A DNA stretch of 64,000 bases from Desulfatiglandales bacterium (GTDB taxonomy: Bacteria; Desulfobacterota; DSM-4660; Desulfatiglandales; Desulfatiglandaceae): assembly GCA_963662465.1 (NCBI GenBank), contig OY759599.1, forward strand, positions 7,136,001-7,200,000. Direction: 5' to 3'. The notes under the pieces are model-generated. The model did no database searches. It saw only the letters and a list, made by a program, of their open reading frames with translations, and was not told the DNA's origin. Within the stretch, counting starts at the first letter, position 1, and each line of letters starts with the position of its first letter. The position numbers and the translations under genes are program-made. This document shows, one piece after another, positions 20,496 to 30,550 of this stretch.

Positions 20496-21290
20496 GTGAA
20501 CATTATAGTCTGTCTGAAACAGGTACCGGATACCGAAAGCCAGATCAAGATTGGACCGGACGGGGCGTCAATTATGACGGATGACGTCAAATGGGTGATG
20601 AATCCCTATGATGAGTACGGCGTTGAAGAGGCTTTGCGTCTGAAAGAAAAACACGGCGGCGAGGTGACCGTGGTGGGTCTTGGGCCCAAAAGAGTAACGG
20701 AATCTATCCGCACGGCGTTGGCCATGGGTGCGGACAAGGGAATCCTGGTCAGTGACGAGGCCCTGGACGGCAGTGATGCGCTTGGGACGGCCAAGGCCAT
20801 TGCCGCCGCCATCAAAGATCTTGAGGCTGATATTATTTTTACAGGTCAGCGGGGCGTGGATGATGATCAGGGATTGGTCGGCGCGGCCATCGCGGAGCTG
20901 CTGAACATTCCGCAGCTTTCCCTGATTGTCAAGGTTGAAGTGGCCGAGGATGGAAAGACTGTGAAGGTGGACCGACCCATTGAAGGGGAGACCCTTGTCA
21001 TTGAGTCTTCGTTGCCCGCTCTTATTACGGCTCAAAAAGGGTTGAATGAGCCCCGATATGCGTCTCTTCCCGGAATCATGAAGGCCAAGAAAAAGCCCCT
21101 TGCGGAAAAAAGCCTTGGGGACCTGGGCCTGGATGCCGCGGAATTCGGTGTGGGCGCAAGGAAATTGAAAATTTTGGAACTGATTCCGCCTCCCTCGCGA
21201 AAGGCCGGCATCATCGTTCCGGGCGATACGCCTCAGGACAAGGCCGCCGCGCTGGCAAAGCTGCTTCACGACGAGGCCAAGGTTTTATAA
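20496..21290 (+). CDS. etfB: Electron transfer flavoprotein beta subunit
   Basis: MNIIVCLKQVPD, MNPYDEYGVEEA, ALAMGAD, LNEPRYASLPGIMKAKKK. Confidence 0.97.
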   Translation: MNIIVCLKQVPDTESQIKIGPDGASIMTDDVKWVMNPYDEYGVEEALRLKEKHGGEVTVVGLGPKRVTESIRTALAMGADKGILVSDEALDGSDALGTAKAIAAAIKDLEADIIFTGQRGVDDDQGLVGAAIAELLNIPQLSLIVKVEVAEDGKTVKVDRPIEGETLVIESSLPALITAQKGLNEPRYASLPGIMKAKKKPLAEKSLGDLGLDAAEFGVGARKLKILELIPPPSRKAGIIVPGDTPQDKAAALAKLLHDEAKVL

Positions 21291-21370
21291 TCCCTTCCCT
21301 TTTCTGATCTTTTCAAATGGGATGGGTGTGCGAATATTAATGTTTTGGATGATTGTGTAAGGAGAAAAAA

Positions 21371-22354
21371 ATGGCACAGGGAGTTTGGACGATTGCCGAG
21401 CAGAGGGATGGCGCAATTCGGAAAATCACTTACGAAATTGTGAGTGAAGGAAGACGTCTGGCGGATGCCCTTGGTCAGGAACTGACCGTGATACTGCTGG
21501 GTTCTAATATCAAGGACAAGGCCGCTGAACTGGGCCAATATGGCGCGGACAAGGTTTTGGTTTGTGATGACCCGAAACTGGAACCCTATACCACCGATGC
21601 TTATGTGTCTGTCATTTCGGGTCTGGTTAAGGCCGGAGATCCGGCTATACTGCTCGTGGGCGCCTCTGTGGAAGGAAAGGATCTCTCTTCGAGACTGGCG
21701 GCGCGTCTTGATGTGGGAATGGCTCAGGACTGCACCGCTTTTGCCGTTGAAGATGGAAACCTTGTGGCAACCCGGCCCATATATGCCGGTAAGGCCTATG
21801 CAAGGGTAAGCTTTGAAAACAGCTTCCCACAGATGGCCGCGGCCAGGCCGAAGGTCATGGAAATGAATGAACCTGATGCATCCAAATCCGCCGAGGTGAT
21901 AGACGCTGATTTCAGCTTGGATGACGGGGATTTGAAAACCAAGGTTTTGGAAGTGCTTAAGGATGAAAGCGGCAAGGTAGACCTGACGGAAGCGGACAAA
22001 ATCGTTTCAGGCGGGCGGGGCATGAAAGGCCCTGAAAATTATAAGATTCTGGAAGATCTGGCGGACTTGATCGGCGCCAGCATCGGCGCCTCCCGTTCGG
22101 CTGTTGACGCGGGATGGCGGCCTCATACGGATCAAGTGGGACAAACGGGAAAAGTGGTTTCCCCCAACCTGTATGTGGCTTGTGGTATATCCGGCGCCAT
22201 TCAGCATTTGGCGGGCATGAGTACTTCGAAAGTGATTGTCGCCATCAATAAGGACGAGGATGCTCCCATTTTCCAGAAGGCCGATTATGGTGTTGTGGGA
22301 GACCTTTTTGATGTGGTTCCGGCATTGACCGAAGAGGTGAAGAAATACCTGTAA
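21371..22354 (+). CDS. etfA: Electron transfer flavoprotein alpha subunit
   Basis: SGGRG, ASRSAVDAGW, QVGQTGK, GISGAIQHLAGM. Confidence 0.97.
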   Translation: MAQGVWTIAEQRDGAIRKITYEIVSEGRRLADALGQELTVILLGSNIKDKAAELGQYGADKVLVCDDPKLEPYTTDAYVSVISGLVKAGDPAILLVGASVEGKDLSSRLAARLDVGMAQDCTAFAVEDGNLVATRPIYAGKAYARVSFENSFPQMAAARPKVMEMNEPDASKSAEVIDADFSLDDGDLKTKVLEVLKDESGKVDLTEADKIVSGGRGMKGPENYKILEDLADLIGASIGASRSAVDAGWRPHTDQVGQTGKVVSPNLYVACGISGAIQHLAGMSTSKVIVAINKDEDAPIFQKADYGVVGDLFDVVPALTEEVKKYL

Positions 22355-22376
22355 GAGAATCAGAACGTCATTTAAT

Positions 22377-22413
22377 GGGCGTCCCGGGCGTGTTTTACTC
22401 GGGGCGCTCTTTT
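22377..22413 (+). terminator. Probable intrinsic terminator after etfA
   Basis: GGGCGTCCCGGG...CTCGGGGCGCTC stem followed by a T run. Confidence 0.6.
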
Positions 22414-22461
22414 AGCTTTTAGCCATTAGCTCAAGAGCTAACAGCTAACGGCTAATAGCTT

Positions 22462-23130
22462 TTAAAGTAACTCCAGGAAGTCCTCCAGGTCCAGATTCTT
22501 GAGTTCCTCCAAGGCAATCTCTTCGCTGACAGGCTGTTGATCCACTTCCATGGCGCCGGGTTGAACCAGCAATTCCAAGGCTTTTTCGTTCGGCTCCCTA
22601 AGCCATTGTTTTATCCGTTCCGCGGGTTGACGAATTTCTTCCAGTTCTTCCCACATGTTGCTGGTGATGTCGCGGGCTTCGCCGGAAGCCAGATGAGGGG
22701 CCCCGAAAAAGCGATCGAGAATGACGGCGATGGGAATGTACACCTCTTTTTCCAGTAAATAACTTAGCTTTTGCATATAAGCAGACGCATAGATGTGTTC
22801 ATTCACGGGAACTGATCCCACTTCTTTTTGAATGACCACGCCGTATTTGAGTCGCATGCGTCTGTCCCCTTTAAGTGGTTCAGGAATCCAGTAAATGCCT
22901 TCCAAAGGGTTTGAAGTCTCTTCCTGAATTTGCCTTGCTGAGGTAAATTCAGTGCTTTGTGGCTGTATTCGTTCCGGTTCCGTTTCATCCATTATGACAA
23001 CCCGGGTTCCGGGTTTGAGAGGGTGAAAAATGCCATTTTCAGAGATTAGACCTATTTCGTGGTGCCCACAAGTAGGGCAGTTTCTGGCAGTGACGGTGCC
23101 TGAAAATGGACCCCCTTTACTATTTGCCAT
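22462..23130 (-). CDS. Hypothetical protein with an N-terminal CxxC (CPTCGHHE) motif
   Basis: 222-aa ORF with a GGAG RBS. Confidence 0.7.
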   Translation of the reverse strand: MANSKGGPFSGTVTARNCPTCGHHEIGLISENGIFHPLKPGTRVVIMDETEPERIQPQSTEFTSARQIQEETSNPLEGIYWIPEPLKGDRRMRLKYGVVIQKEVGSVPVNEHIYASAYMQKLSYLLEKEVYIPIAVILDRFFGAPHLASGEARDITSNMWEELEEIRQPAERIKQWLREPNEKALELLVQPGAMEVDQQPVSEEIALEELKNLDLEDFLELL

Positions 23131-23415
23131 TTTTGTCTCCTTGATAATTTTGTCGGGCTTGCGTGCCGACGCCATGGATTTACAAATTTATCCTAACAAA
23201 ATATCGTATCCGATTATTAAGGGGCAAGTAAAGAAGGTGGTCTGAAAATTAACAGGGAGATGGTAAATATCAATTTTTGCCGGAACATTTAGTCAGGCGC
23301 CGTTGCAATATTATTTCCTTATATTTCAATAACTTTGGAAATGTTTTTTTCATTGGAGTATTATTTGGTTGACAAAAAGATAAAATTGCATACATTTAGG
23401 CCCCAGATCGCTAAC

Positions 23416-23492
23416 GGCGGTGTAGCTCAGTTGGTCAGAGCATGCGGCTCATATCCGCAGGGTCACTGGTTCAAATCCAGTCACCGCCACCA
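23416..23492 (+). tRNA. tRNA-Met (CAT), probably elongator type
   Basis: Acceptor GGCGGTG/CACCGCC plus ACCA; anticodon stem TGCGG/CCGCA with loop CTCATAT; T-loop TTCAAAT; TTGACA at 23369. Confidence 0.95.
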
Positions 23493-23578
23493 GCAAAAAC
23501 CCAGCCCGGCGTTGACATTTTCCTGTCCGACCTTATTTTTTTCGTATTGTTACGCCAATACGGACCTTTGATGTCACT

Positions 23579-24100
23579 ATGGCCTCTTTCAAAGAAAATG
23601 ATCTTACGATTGTCAGCGACGCTCTGGAAATTGCGGAAGACGCCACGGGCGATTTTTATAAGTTTTCGCTGAGGCAATGGAAAAGGCATCGTTATGATGT
23701 CAAGACCCGGTTTTCTCTAAAATCCGAAGGTTTGAACGCTTCCGCATTGGCGGTCCTGTTCAAAGGCATCCGGATGATGGACGATTTTGAACCGAAAACA
23801 AAATGCAGAGATTTTTACCTCATCTGTTTGCAGGACCACTTTATCCTGGAGGTTTTAAAAAGGGATCGTTATCTTACGCTTTTGCCGCTTCTCATTTATG
23901 TTTTTACCCATGAATTGGTTCATATCGTGAGGTTTTGTAACTTTTTTCAACGGTTCGATGTGTCCGAAAAAAACAGAGACAAAGAAGAAGAAATTGTTCA
24001 CAAGACTACTTTTGAAATTCTAAAGAAGTTTTCTTTGCCGAATTTGAATTACGTCCTTGATTCTTATCAGGGGCACAGGATGTGCGAGATTGTTTTTTGA
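23579..24100 (+). CDS. Hypothetical protein with an HExxH (HELVH) motif
   Basis: 173-aa ORF; YVFTHELVHIVRF. Confidence 0.75.
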   Translation: MASFKENDLTIVSDALEIAEDATGDFYKFSLRQWKRHRYDVKTRFSLKSEGLNASALAVLFKGIRMMDDFEPKTKCRDFYLICLQDHFILEVLKRDRYLTLLPLLIYVFTHELVHIVRFCNFFQRFDVSEKNRDKEEEIVHKTTFEILKKFSLPNLNYVLDSYQGHRMCEIVF

Positions 24101-24124
24101 ATGTGAAGAAGGAGGTATTTAGGA

Positions 24125-24445
24125 ATGCCGATTTATGAATATGAATGCGATAAATGCGGGCACCATGTGGAGGCCTTGCAGAAAATCACGGACCCCCCGC
24201 TTATGGAGTGTGAACAGTGCCATTCAAAGATGAAAAAGCTCATAAGTCAGAGTACTTTTCACCTGAAAGGGACAGGGTGGTATGTGACCGACTACGCCTC
24301 TAAGGATAAAAACAGCCAGGTGGAGACCAAGGAAAAGGCGTCTTCCGGCACTGGTGATGCGCCGGCAACAAAAGTCGAAGCAAAAACCGCGACGGAAACG
24401 GCGACCCAAAAGGAAGTATCAACTACTTCCAAAGCTAAAGATTAA
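24125..24445 (+). CDS. FmdB-family zinc-ribbon protein
   Basis: MPIYEYECDKCGH...CEQC...FHLKGTGWYVTDY. Confidence 0.92.
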   Translation: MPIYEYECDKCGHHVEALQKITDPPLMECEQCHSKMKKLISQSTFHLKGTGWYVTDYASKDKNSQVETKEKASSGTGDAPATKVEAKTATETATQKEVSTTSKAKD

Positions 24446-24472
24446 CCTCAATGTGAATGGTGAAGGTTTCCT

Positions 24473-25030
24473 ATGCATACCAGGGATAGCGGCAGGGTTC
24501 ACGAAAAATTGGTCAACCGGCTGGAGCGCCAGGAAAAGAAGCGTGCTTTTCAGCAGGGAAGGTTCTTCAAGTTTAAACTGGATGAAATCCACGGCAAACT
24601 GATGCAGACACTGCTGCAAGAAAAGATCATCGAAACAGACAATTCAGCGGCTGTTTCCGGTGCTCTCATGAAGGGCATGAAAAAAGCGGCAAACAGTACG
24701 GAATTTGATTTCACATATTTTATTTCACCGATCCGTACGCTGGTTTCCCGTCCAAACCCTTATTCTCTCTACATGACGCAGTATCTCATGGAAGTCCTCA
24801 TTAATGATCCTGGTGTTATTGAAATCTATGGTACGGACGAGGAAATATACCATGTGATCAACAGGGTTATCAGCCGGAGCAGCATAAAATTCGATGAGAT
24901 GGAGCGGGAGATCGAGGCACAGCTGGCACGCAACCAAAATCTGGCGCCGGGATCGCCGGCTTATCAGGTGGCAAAGGATCAGTTGTTTCAGCAAAAAGTG
25001 GGTGGTCCCAAAGACGGCCCCCGTTCCTAG
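24473..25030 (+). CDS. Hypothetical protein (DUF507-like)
   Basis: 185-aa ORF in the operon; IEIYGTDEEIY and PGSPAY motifs. Confidence 0.65.
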   Translation: MHTRDSGRVHEKLVNRLERQEKKRAFQQGRFFKFKLDEIHGKLMQTLLQEKIIETDNSAAVSGALMKGMKKAANSTEFDFTYFISPIRTLVSRPNPYSLYMTQYLMEVLINDPGVIEIYGTDEEIYHVINRVISRSSIKFDEMEREIEAQLARNQNLAPGSPAYQVAKDQLFQQKVGGPKDGPRS

Positions 25031-25150
25031 AGACATGCCGATGGAATAAACACTTTTCCTATAGTGTTCTATTCGGTTGCCACTGATGTCGGTTTTTTTC
25101 CGCCAATTGTTTTTGGATGATGTTGTTTGTTGTTTTGACGGGAGTTTTTC

Positions 25151-26092
25151 ATGGGAGAGACGGTAGCGTTTTTATTTCCGGGACAAGGCTCGCAGGTTGT
25201 GGGTATGGGGCGGGGCCTGCTGGATCGGTTCCCAGGCCTTGAACACATCTTTAAGGAAGCGGACCTGATTTGCGGAAAGCCCATCTCCAAACTCTGCTTT
25301 GAGGGGCCTATGTCTGAGTTGACCCTCACGGAAAATTGTCAGCCGGCTATTACCGCCGTCAGTTTGGCTTGTCTTTCCGTCCTGAATGAATCGGGCATCA
25401 GTGCAGCGGTTTCAGCCGGCCACAGTGTGGGTGAATACGCGGCTATGGTTTCAGCGGGTATCGTCAGCGAAAGCGACGCCCTCCGCTTGGTTCAAAAAAG
25501 GGGTGCGTTGATGCATCGGGAGGCCTTGGCGAACCCCGGCCTCATGGCAGCGGTGGTTGGCTTGGATATGGATGTGGTGCTTGCGATTGTGGCGGAAGCA
25601 AAAAAAGGCGATATCCTCGATGTTGCCAACCACAATGCAGCCCGGCAGATCGTCATTACCGGACAAAAGGACCCTTTGGACCGGGCTGTTCAACTGGCTA
25701 AAAAGAAAAAGGCCAAGGCCATCCCCCTGAAGGTCAGCGGCGCCTGGCATTCCAGGCTGATGCGGGGCGGTGTGGATGAGTTCAGGGCGTTCATGGAAGA
25801 TATCCCTTTTTCATCCCCCCAATCGGAAATGCTCTTTAATGCGACAGCCCGGTGTGAAACCGATCCAGAGCGCATCAAGGATATTATGGCCAACCAGCTG
25901 GTGAGCCCGGTGAGGTGGTACGATATCATGCGGAAAATGCTGGATGATGGGGTGGACACCTTTGTGGAGGTGGGACCCAAGAATGTATTGGCCGGCTTGC
26001 TTAAAAAAATTGTCTCCCCCGATGATGTCATCAGCGTGTTCAGCGTCCAGGACCCCAAGGGTCTGGAAAGCGTTCTGGAAAAGATTTCCTGA
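25151..26092 (+). CDS. fabD: Malonyl-CoA:ACP transacylase
   Basis: FPGQGSQ, GHSVGEY, VSGAWHS, QLVSPVRW, EVGP. Confidence 0.95.
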   Translation: MGETVAFLFPGQGSQVVGMGRGLLDRFPGLEHIFKEADLICGKPISKLCFEGPMSELTLTENCQPAITAVSLACLSVLNESGISAAVSAGHSVGEYAAMVSAGIVSESDALRLVQKRGALMHREALANPGLMAAVVGLDMDVVLAIVAEAKKGDILDVANHNAARQIVITGQKDPLDRAVQLAKKKKAKAIPLKVSGAWHSRLMRGGVDEFRAFMEDIPFSSPQSEMLFNATARCETDPERIKDIMANQLVSPVRWYDIMRKMLDDGVDTFVEVGPKNVLAGLLKKIVSPDDVISVFSVQDPKGLESVLEKIS

Positions 26093-26137
26093 AGCCCCTC
26101 TTTAGTCTGTTCCGCTTCTCGCCTGATAACGGCGCCA

Positions 26138-26512
26138 TTATCCCCTTATCCCGGGACATTCCGCGATGGCTTGCGCCTTGTGCTTCCTGAAATAATCCCA
26201 GAAGGGGAATTGTCGGCATTGAAGGGGTCTAACCTCGTAGATTGAACATCTGTTTCGCGACCCTTCCAGGAAGATACATTCAAAATCGTGTCCGTTAAAT
26301 CGTTCTTTGATGGATAGCCTGTTGTTGATCCGGTTGAGATACATTTGGATGAAGTCGATGGCATTCATCTTCAAAAAGCCGCGGATTTGATGAATTTCCC
26401 GTTGGTTTAACCAAACACGGCCCGATTTCCCACGGCAACAGTGGCTTGGACAGGTGGTACATGCGTCGGGGTCGAAGCCGAAATCAAATCCATCCTTTCG
26501 TATGATGCTCAC
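26138..26512 (-). CDS. YkgJ-family cysteine cluster protein
   Basis: CTTCPSHCC, CIFL, CSIYEVRPLQCRQFPFW. Confidence 0.9.
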   Translation of the reverse strand: MSIIRKDGFDFGFDPDACTTCPSHCCRGKSGRVWLNQREIHQIRGFLKMNAIDFIQMYLNRINNRLSIKERFNGHDFECIFLEGSRNRCSIYEVRPLQCRQFPFWDYFRKHKAQAIAECPGIRG

Positions 26513-27003
26513 TGCCCTGTCTCTTTCCGTATTTTAGCTTCATGTGCCAGCAGATATTGTTTTACGTCCAGTCCGCTGCTGAATCCCCCGAGTCCCCCGG
26601 CGGCAAGAATCCGGTGTCACGGAAAAATGAGGGGCAGGGGATTTCGGCCCATGGCTTGTCCCACGGCCCTGGCCCCCTTGGGTTTCCCGACCATGGTTGC
26701 TACCTCTTTGTAGGTCCTGGTTTCTCCGAAAGGGATTTTCGCGATCGTTTCCATGACTGACCATTGAAAGGGGGTGCAGGCAATATCCAGGGCCGGCTTT
26801 TCGGGAGGCGTCCTATTGGAAAAGGCCGCTTCAACCGCCTGCTGAAGGGGTCGGTCGGCATCATGGTTTTCCAGTAATTCCGAATTTGAGTAAAAGACCT
26901 TGAAAAAAGTTTTTGCATCGAGTTTTGCATCCCAGCCAAGACCAATGCGAAGCGCCCCCTTTTCCGTGGAAGCCAAATAGACATAAAGGCGATCCATCTT
27001 CAT
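26509..27003 (-). CDS. ogt: O6-methylguanine-DNA methyltransferase, probable selenoprotein (P-U-H-R; UGA at 26617-26619)
   Basis: IPFGETRTY, ARAVGQAMGRNPLPLIFP[UGA]HRILAAGGLGGFSSGLDVKQYLLAHE; the extended stop overlaps the ykgJ start (GTGA). Confidence 0.9.
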
Positions 27004-27929
27004 GCGCCGGCAGTAGATGGGTCGTATAGACGTCCCTGCCATGTTTGTTTCCTTTCCAGCGTATCCTGAATGGTTTTCAGGTTTTCCATTTTGTGAATTG
27101 CCCAGTCCGGCGCAACCAGGTCGGATTTTCCGGGATCCCCGGTCAGCCGTTGAATGACCACTTCAGGGGGCAGAAGTTCCAGAAAATCCACCACCCGGTT
27201 CGCATATTCATCCCTTTCCAAACAACGAAAATCCCCTTTTGCATAAAGTTGCGCCAGGGGGGTTCCGCGAATCACGTAAAGGAGATGGATCTTGACCCCT
27301 TGAACGGGCAGCTCGGCGAGGAATCGGGCCGTTTCCAGCATCATCCGGCGGTTTTCACCGGGAAGCCCCAGAATCACGTGGGCACATACGTTCAGGCTGA
27401 AGTCATGGGCCAGGCGAACCCCCTGTTCGAAACAGGCCACGGAGTGTCCCCGGTTGATGGTTTGAAGGGTTTTGTCGTGGGCCGACTGAAGACCGTATTC
27501 CATCCAGACCAGATGATCCTTTCGGTAGGCGCTGATCATTTCAAGGATTTCTTCATTGACGCAATCGGGCCGGGTGGCCACCGAGAGACCCACCATTTCC
27601 GAATGGCTTAATGCCTCATCGTAGAGCTTTTGTAAATGGGAAACCGGCGCGTAGGTGTTGGTGAAAGATTGAAAATAGGCGATGAACTTGTGCGCCTTAT
27701 ACCGTTTTCGGATGAATCCTTTGGCCCTTTCGATTTGTCGGGAGATGGATTCTCGGTCTTCCGTAAAAGCCCCCGTGCCGGACCCCCGGCCATCACAGAA
27801 GATGCATCCGCCCTCGGAAACGGTTCCATCGCGATTGGGGCACCCGAGTCCGGCGTCCAATGAGATGCGTTGTACTCGTTCCCCGAATTGTTCCCTGAGG
27901 TAGGTGTTGAAATCCCGGTATCGTTTCAT
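27000..27929 (-). CDS. TIGR01212/YhcC-type radical SAM protein
   Basis: CPNRDGT..GGCIFC, YFQSFTNTY, TRPDC, EYGLQS. Confidence 0.92.
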   Translation of the reverse strand: MKRYRDFNTYLREQFGERVQRISLDAGLGCPNRDGTVSEGGCIFCDGRGSGTGAFTEDRESISRQIERAKGFIRKRYKAHKFIAYFQSFTNTYAPVSHLQKLYDEALSHSEMVGLSVATRPDCVNEEILEMISAYRKDHLVWMEYGLQSAHDKTLQTINRGHSVACFEQGVRLAHDFSLNVCAHVILGLPGENRRMMLETARFLAELPVQGVKIHLLYVIRGTPLAQLYAKGDFRCLERDEYANRVVDFLELLPPEVVIQRLTGDPGKSDLVAPDWAIHKMENLKTIQDTLERKQTWQGRLYDPSTAGA

Positions 27930-28227
27930 GAAGAATCCGCTCAATTGGATTGACTTAAAATGATTGGGGGTTATGATACGAGATGAATGTGTTTTTGAGC
28001 AAGCGCTTTTCTGTTTTGCCATGATTTTTGTTGGTTTACTTCAGAATTTATGTCGCCGCTTATTGGGTGAGAGTTTTAAATCTGTTTATGAGCTGTTAAT
28101 GGCTAGAGGCTAAGCGTTAATCACAATTAACATTTCTGTGATTTTACTTGAATTTTGGAGAATAGTCATATATAGGTCCTGTTTAGATTCCTTTCATGAT
28201 ACATCTTCTGGAGGATTACTTGTTTAG

Positions 28228-30309
28228 ATGAAGCAGCGCATCCGTACGGCCTTGAAATCTCTTGCTGATCCGAAAAAGTGGACCGGTTTTCCCGGAAAAA
28301 CCCATCGCACCAGTCCTGAAAAAACAGAAGCGGCCTTACCGGCAACCCCTCTGTTTACCGTGGAACGTCTAAATGAATCAATCCGAAGAGCCCGAGATCG
28401 TTTTTTGAATATTCAGAGCGACAAAGGATATTGGGTGTTTGATCTGGAGGCGGACACGACCATTCCGTCGGAGTATATCCTGCTCCAGAGATTTCTGGGG
28501 CGTGAGATTTCCATGGAACTCAAAGCCCGGTTCGCCAATTATTTGCGCAACCGGCAGCTTGATAGCGGCGGCTGGCCGTTGTATTATGAGGGTGAAGGCA
28601 ATGTCAGCGCTTCGGTTAAAGCTTATTTTGCCTTAAAACACCTGGGAGACTCTCCCGATGCATCCCATATGGCCAGAGCCAGGGCTTTTGTTCTGAGTCG
28701 GGGGGGGGCTTCGGAAGCCAACGTTTTTACTCGATTCATGTTGGCGCTTTTTGGTCAGATTCCCTGGGAAACCACCCCGGCCATGCCCATTGAGATTATG
28801 CTTTTGCCGAGATGGTTTTTTTTCCATCTTCATAAGATATCTTACTGGTCTCGCACCGTTATTGTTCCCCTTTTGCTCCTCAGTGCAAAGCGACCCGTTT
28901 GTCGTCTGAAGCCGGAGGAAGGGGTTTTCGAGCTTTTTGTGTCGCCGCCACACGCGCTTCGACATCTGGATCATTTTGTTCCGGGCAGTTTTTTTAAAAA
29001 CTGTTTTTTGATTCTGGATCGTATTTTGAAAAAAGTTGACCCCATGATGCCTCGTGTCCTGAGAAAAAAAGGGCTTAAACTGGCTGAGGCATGGACCCTT
29101 GAACGGATGAAGGGCGAGGGCGGTATCGGGGCCATTTTTCCGGCCATGGCCAATGCGGTGATGGCCCTGAGGGTTCTGGGATATCCGGACGATCATCCGG
29201 AATTTGTTCGAGGGATTCAGGCCATAGAAGATTTGTTGGTGACCCACGGCGAGGAATCTTACTGCCAACCCTGTTTGAGTCCCATCTGGGATACCTGCTT
29301 AAGTCTTTCCGCCGTGCTTGAGGGGGGGCTGCCCTCAAACCATGAAGCCGTTCAGGCGGCTATCGACTGGCTTTTTAAACAACTGATCCTTGTTCCCGGG
29401 GACTGGGCTTATCGTGCGCCGGATCTGACGCCTGCCGGCTGGGCCTTCCAGTTTGAAAACACGCTTTACCCGGATGTAGATGATACACCGATGGTTCTCA
29501 TGGCGCTCCTGCGGGGCGGCGCCTTGAATGAAGACAAATACAGGGATAGAATTGCCAAAGCTGTGAACTGGGTGATCGGTCTGCAGAGTTCTGATGGGGG
29601 ATGGGGCGCTTTTGATATCGACAACAATTACCTCTATCTCAATGAGATCCCCTTTGCCGATCACGGGGCGCTCCTGGATCCCGGCACATCCGATTTAACG
29701 GGCAGGTGTATTGAGTTATTGGCCATGTTAGGATATGGGGTTGATTTTCCACCCATTTCCAGAGGTCTTGATTTTCTGAAAAGAGAACAGGAAGATTGCG
29801 GGGCCTGGTTTGGACGCTGGGGCGTCAATTATATTTACGGCACATGGTCTGTTTTGAAAGGCCTGGGTTGCTTGGGTGAAGATCCGTCGCAGCCCTATAT
29901 CCGGCGGGCGGTTCAGTGGTTGAAAACATGTCAGAACTCGGATAATGGCTGGGGTGAAACATGTTACTCTTATACGGATCCCCGTCTTGCGGGGAAGGGG
30001 AAAAGCACCGCTTCCCAAACCGCATGGGCGCTCCTTGGGCTCATGGCCGCCGGTGAAGTGGGGAGTTCCGCGGTACAGCGGGGGGTTCACTACCTTCTCA
30101 AGCAACAGACTAAACAGGGAAAATGGGACGAAATGCTCTATACCGGAACGGGCTTTCCCAGTGTGTTTTACCTGCGTTATCATGGGTATGCTCAGTTTTT
30201 TCCCTTATGGGCACTGGGTGAATACCGTCGATTACGTTCGGACAAAATGACCCTTCAAGATAAAGTTAGCCTGAAATGCTCTGTGGATTTATCCCTGCCG
30301 GCTTTATAA
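28228..30309 (+). CDS. shc: Squalene-hopene cyclase
   Basis: DxDD motif PDVDDT, QW repeats, GRWGVNYIYGT, GTGFP..FYLRYH. Confidence 0.97.
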   Translation: MKQRIRTALKSLADPKKWTGFPGKTHRTSPEKTEAALPATPLFTVERLNESIRRARDRFLNIQSDKGYWVFDLEADTTIPSEYILLQRFLGREISMELKARFANYLRNRQLDSGGWPLYYEGEGNVSASVKAYFALKHLGDSPDASHMARARAFVLSRGGASEANVFTRFMLALFGQIPWETTPAMPIEIMLLPRWFFFHLHKISYWSRTVIVPLLLLSAKRPVCRLKPEEGVFELFVSPPHALRHLDHFVPGSFFKNCFLILDRILKKVDPMMPRVLRKKGLKLAEAWTLERMKGEGGIGAIFPAMANAVMALRVLGYPDDHPEFVRGIQAIEDLLVTHGEESYCQPCLSPIWDTCLSLSAVLEGGLPSNHEAVQAAIDWLFKQLILVPGDWAYRAPDLTPAGWAFQFENTLYPDVDDTPMVLMALLRGGALNEDKYRDRIAKAVNWVIGLQSSDGGWGAFDIDNNYLYLNEIPFADHGALLDPGTSDLTGRCIELLAMLGYGVDFPPISRGLDFLKREQEDCGAWFGRWGVNYIYGTWSVLKGLGCLGEDPSQPYIRRAVQWLKTCQNSDNGWGETCYSYTDPRLAGKGKSTASQTAWALLGLMAAGEVGSSAVQRGVHYLLKQQTKQGKWDEMLYTGTGFPSVFYLRYHGYAQFFPLWALGEYRRLRSDKMTLQDKVSLKCSVDLSLPAL

Positions 30310-30550
30310 ACCGGATAAGCGGTGCTTCCGCCCTCATTCTGAAATCCTTATTTGCCTGATATTAATCTCGGTTCCTACCTATCTGCCGGTAAGATTTTAA
30401 ACTTCTCTTTTTGGTGGGATTTAAATTTTTTCCCCAGTCTGTTCCAGAGCGTCAATGAGTTTCACCTTTTTTCTATAAACATCATTCATAATGATAGCTT
30501 AAATAATGGTGCGGTCTAAAAACGATTTATCCGGTTTTATAAACCGGAAC

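Noticed and set aside
23335..23689. Short ORFs overlapping the tRNA
   Set aside because: Spurious frames across tRNA-Met and its promoter
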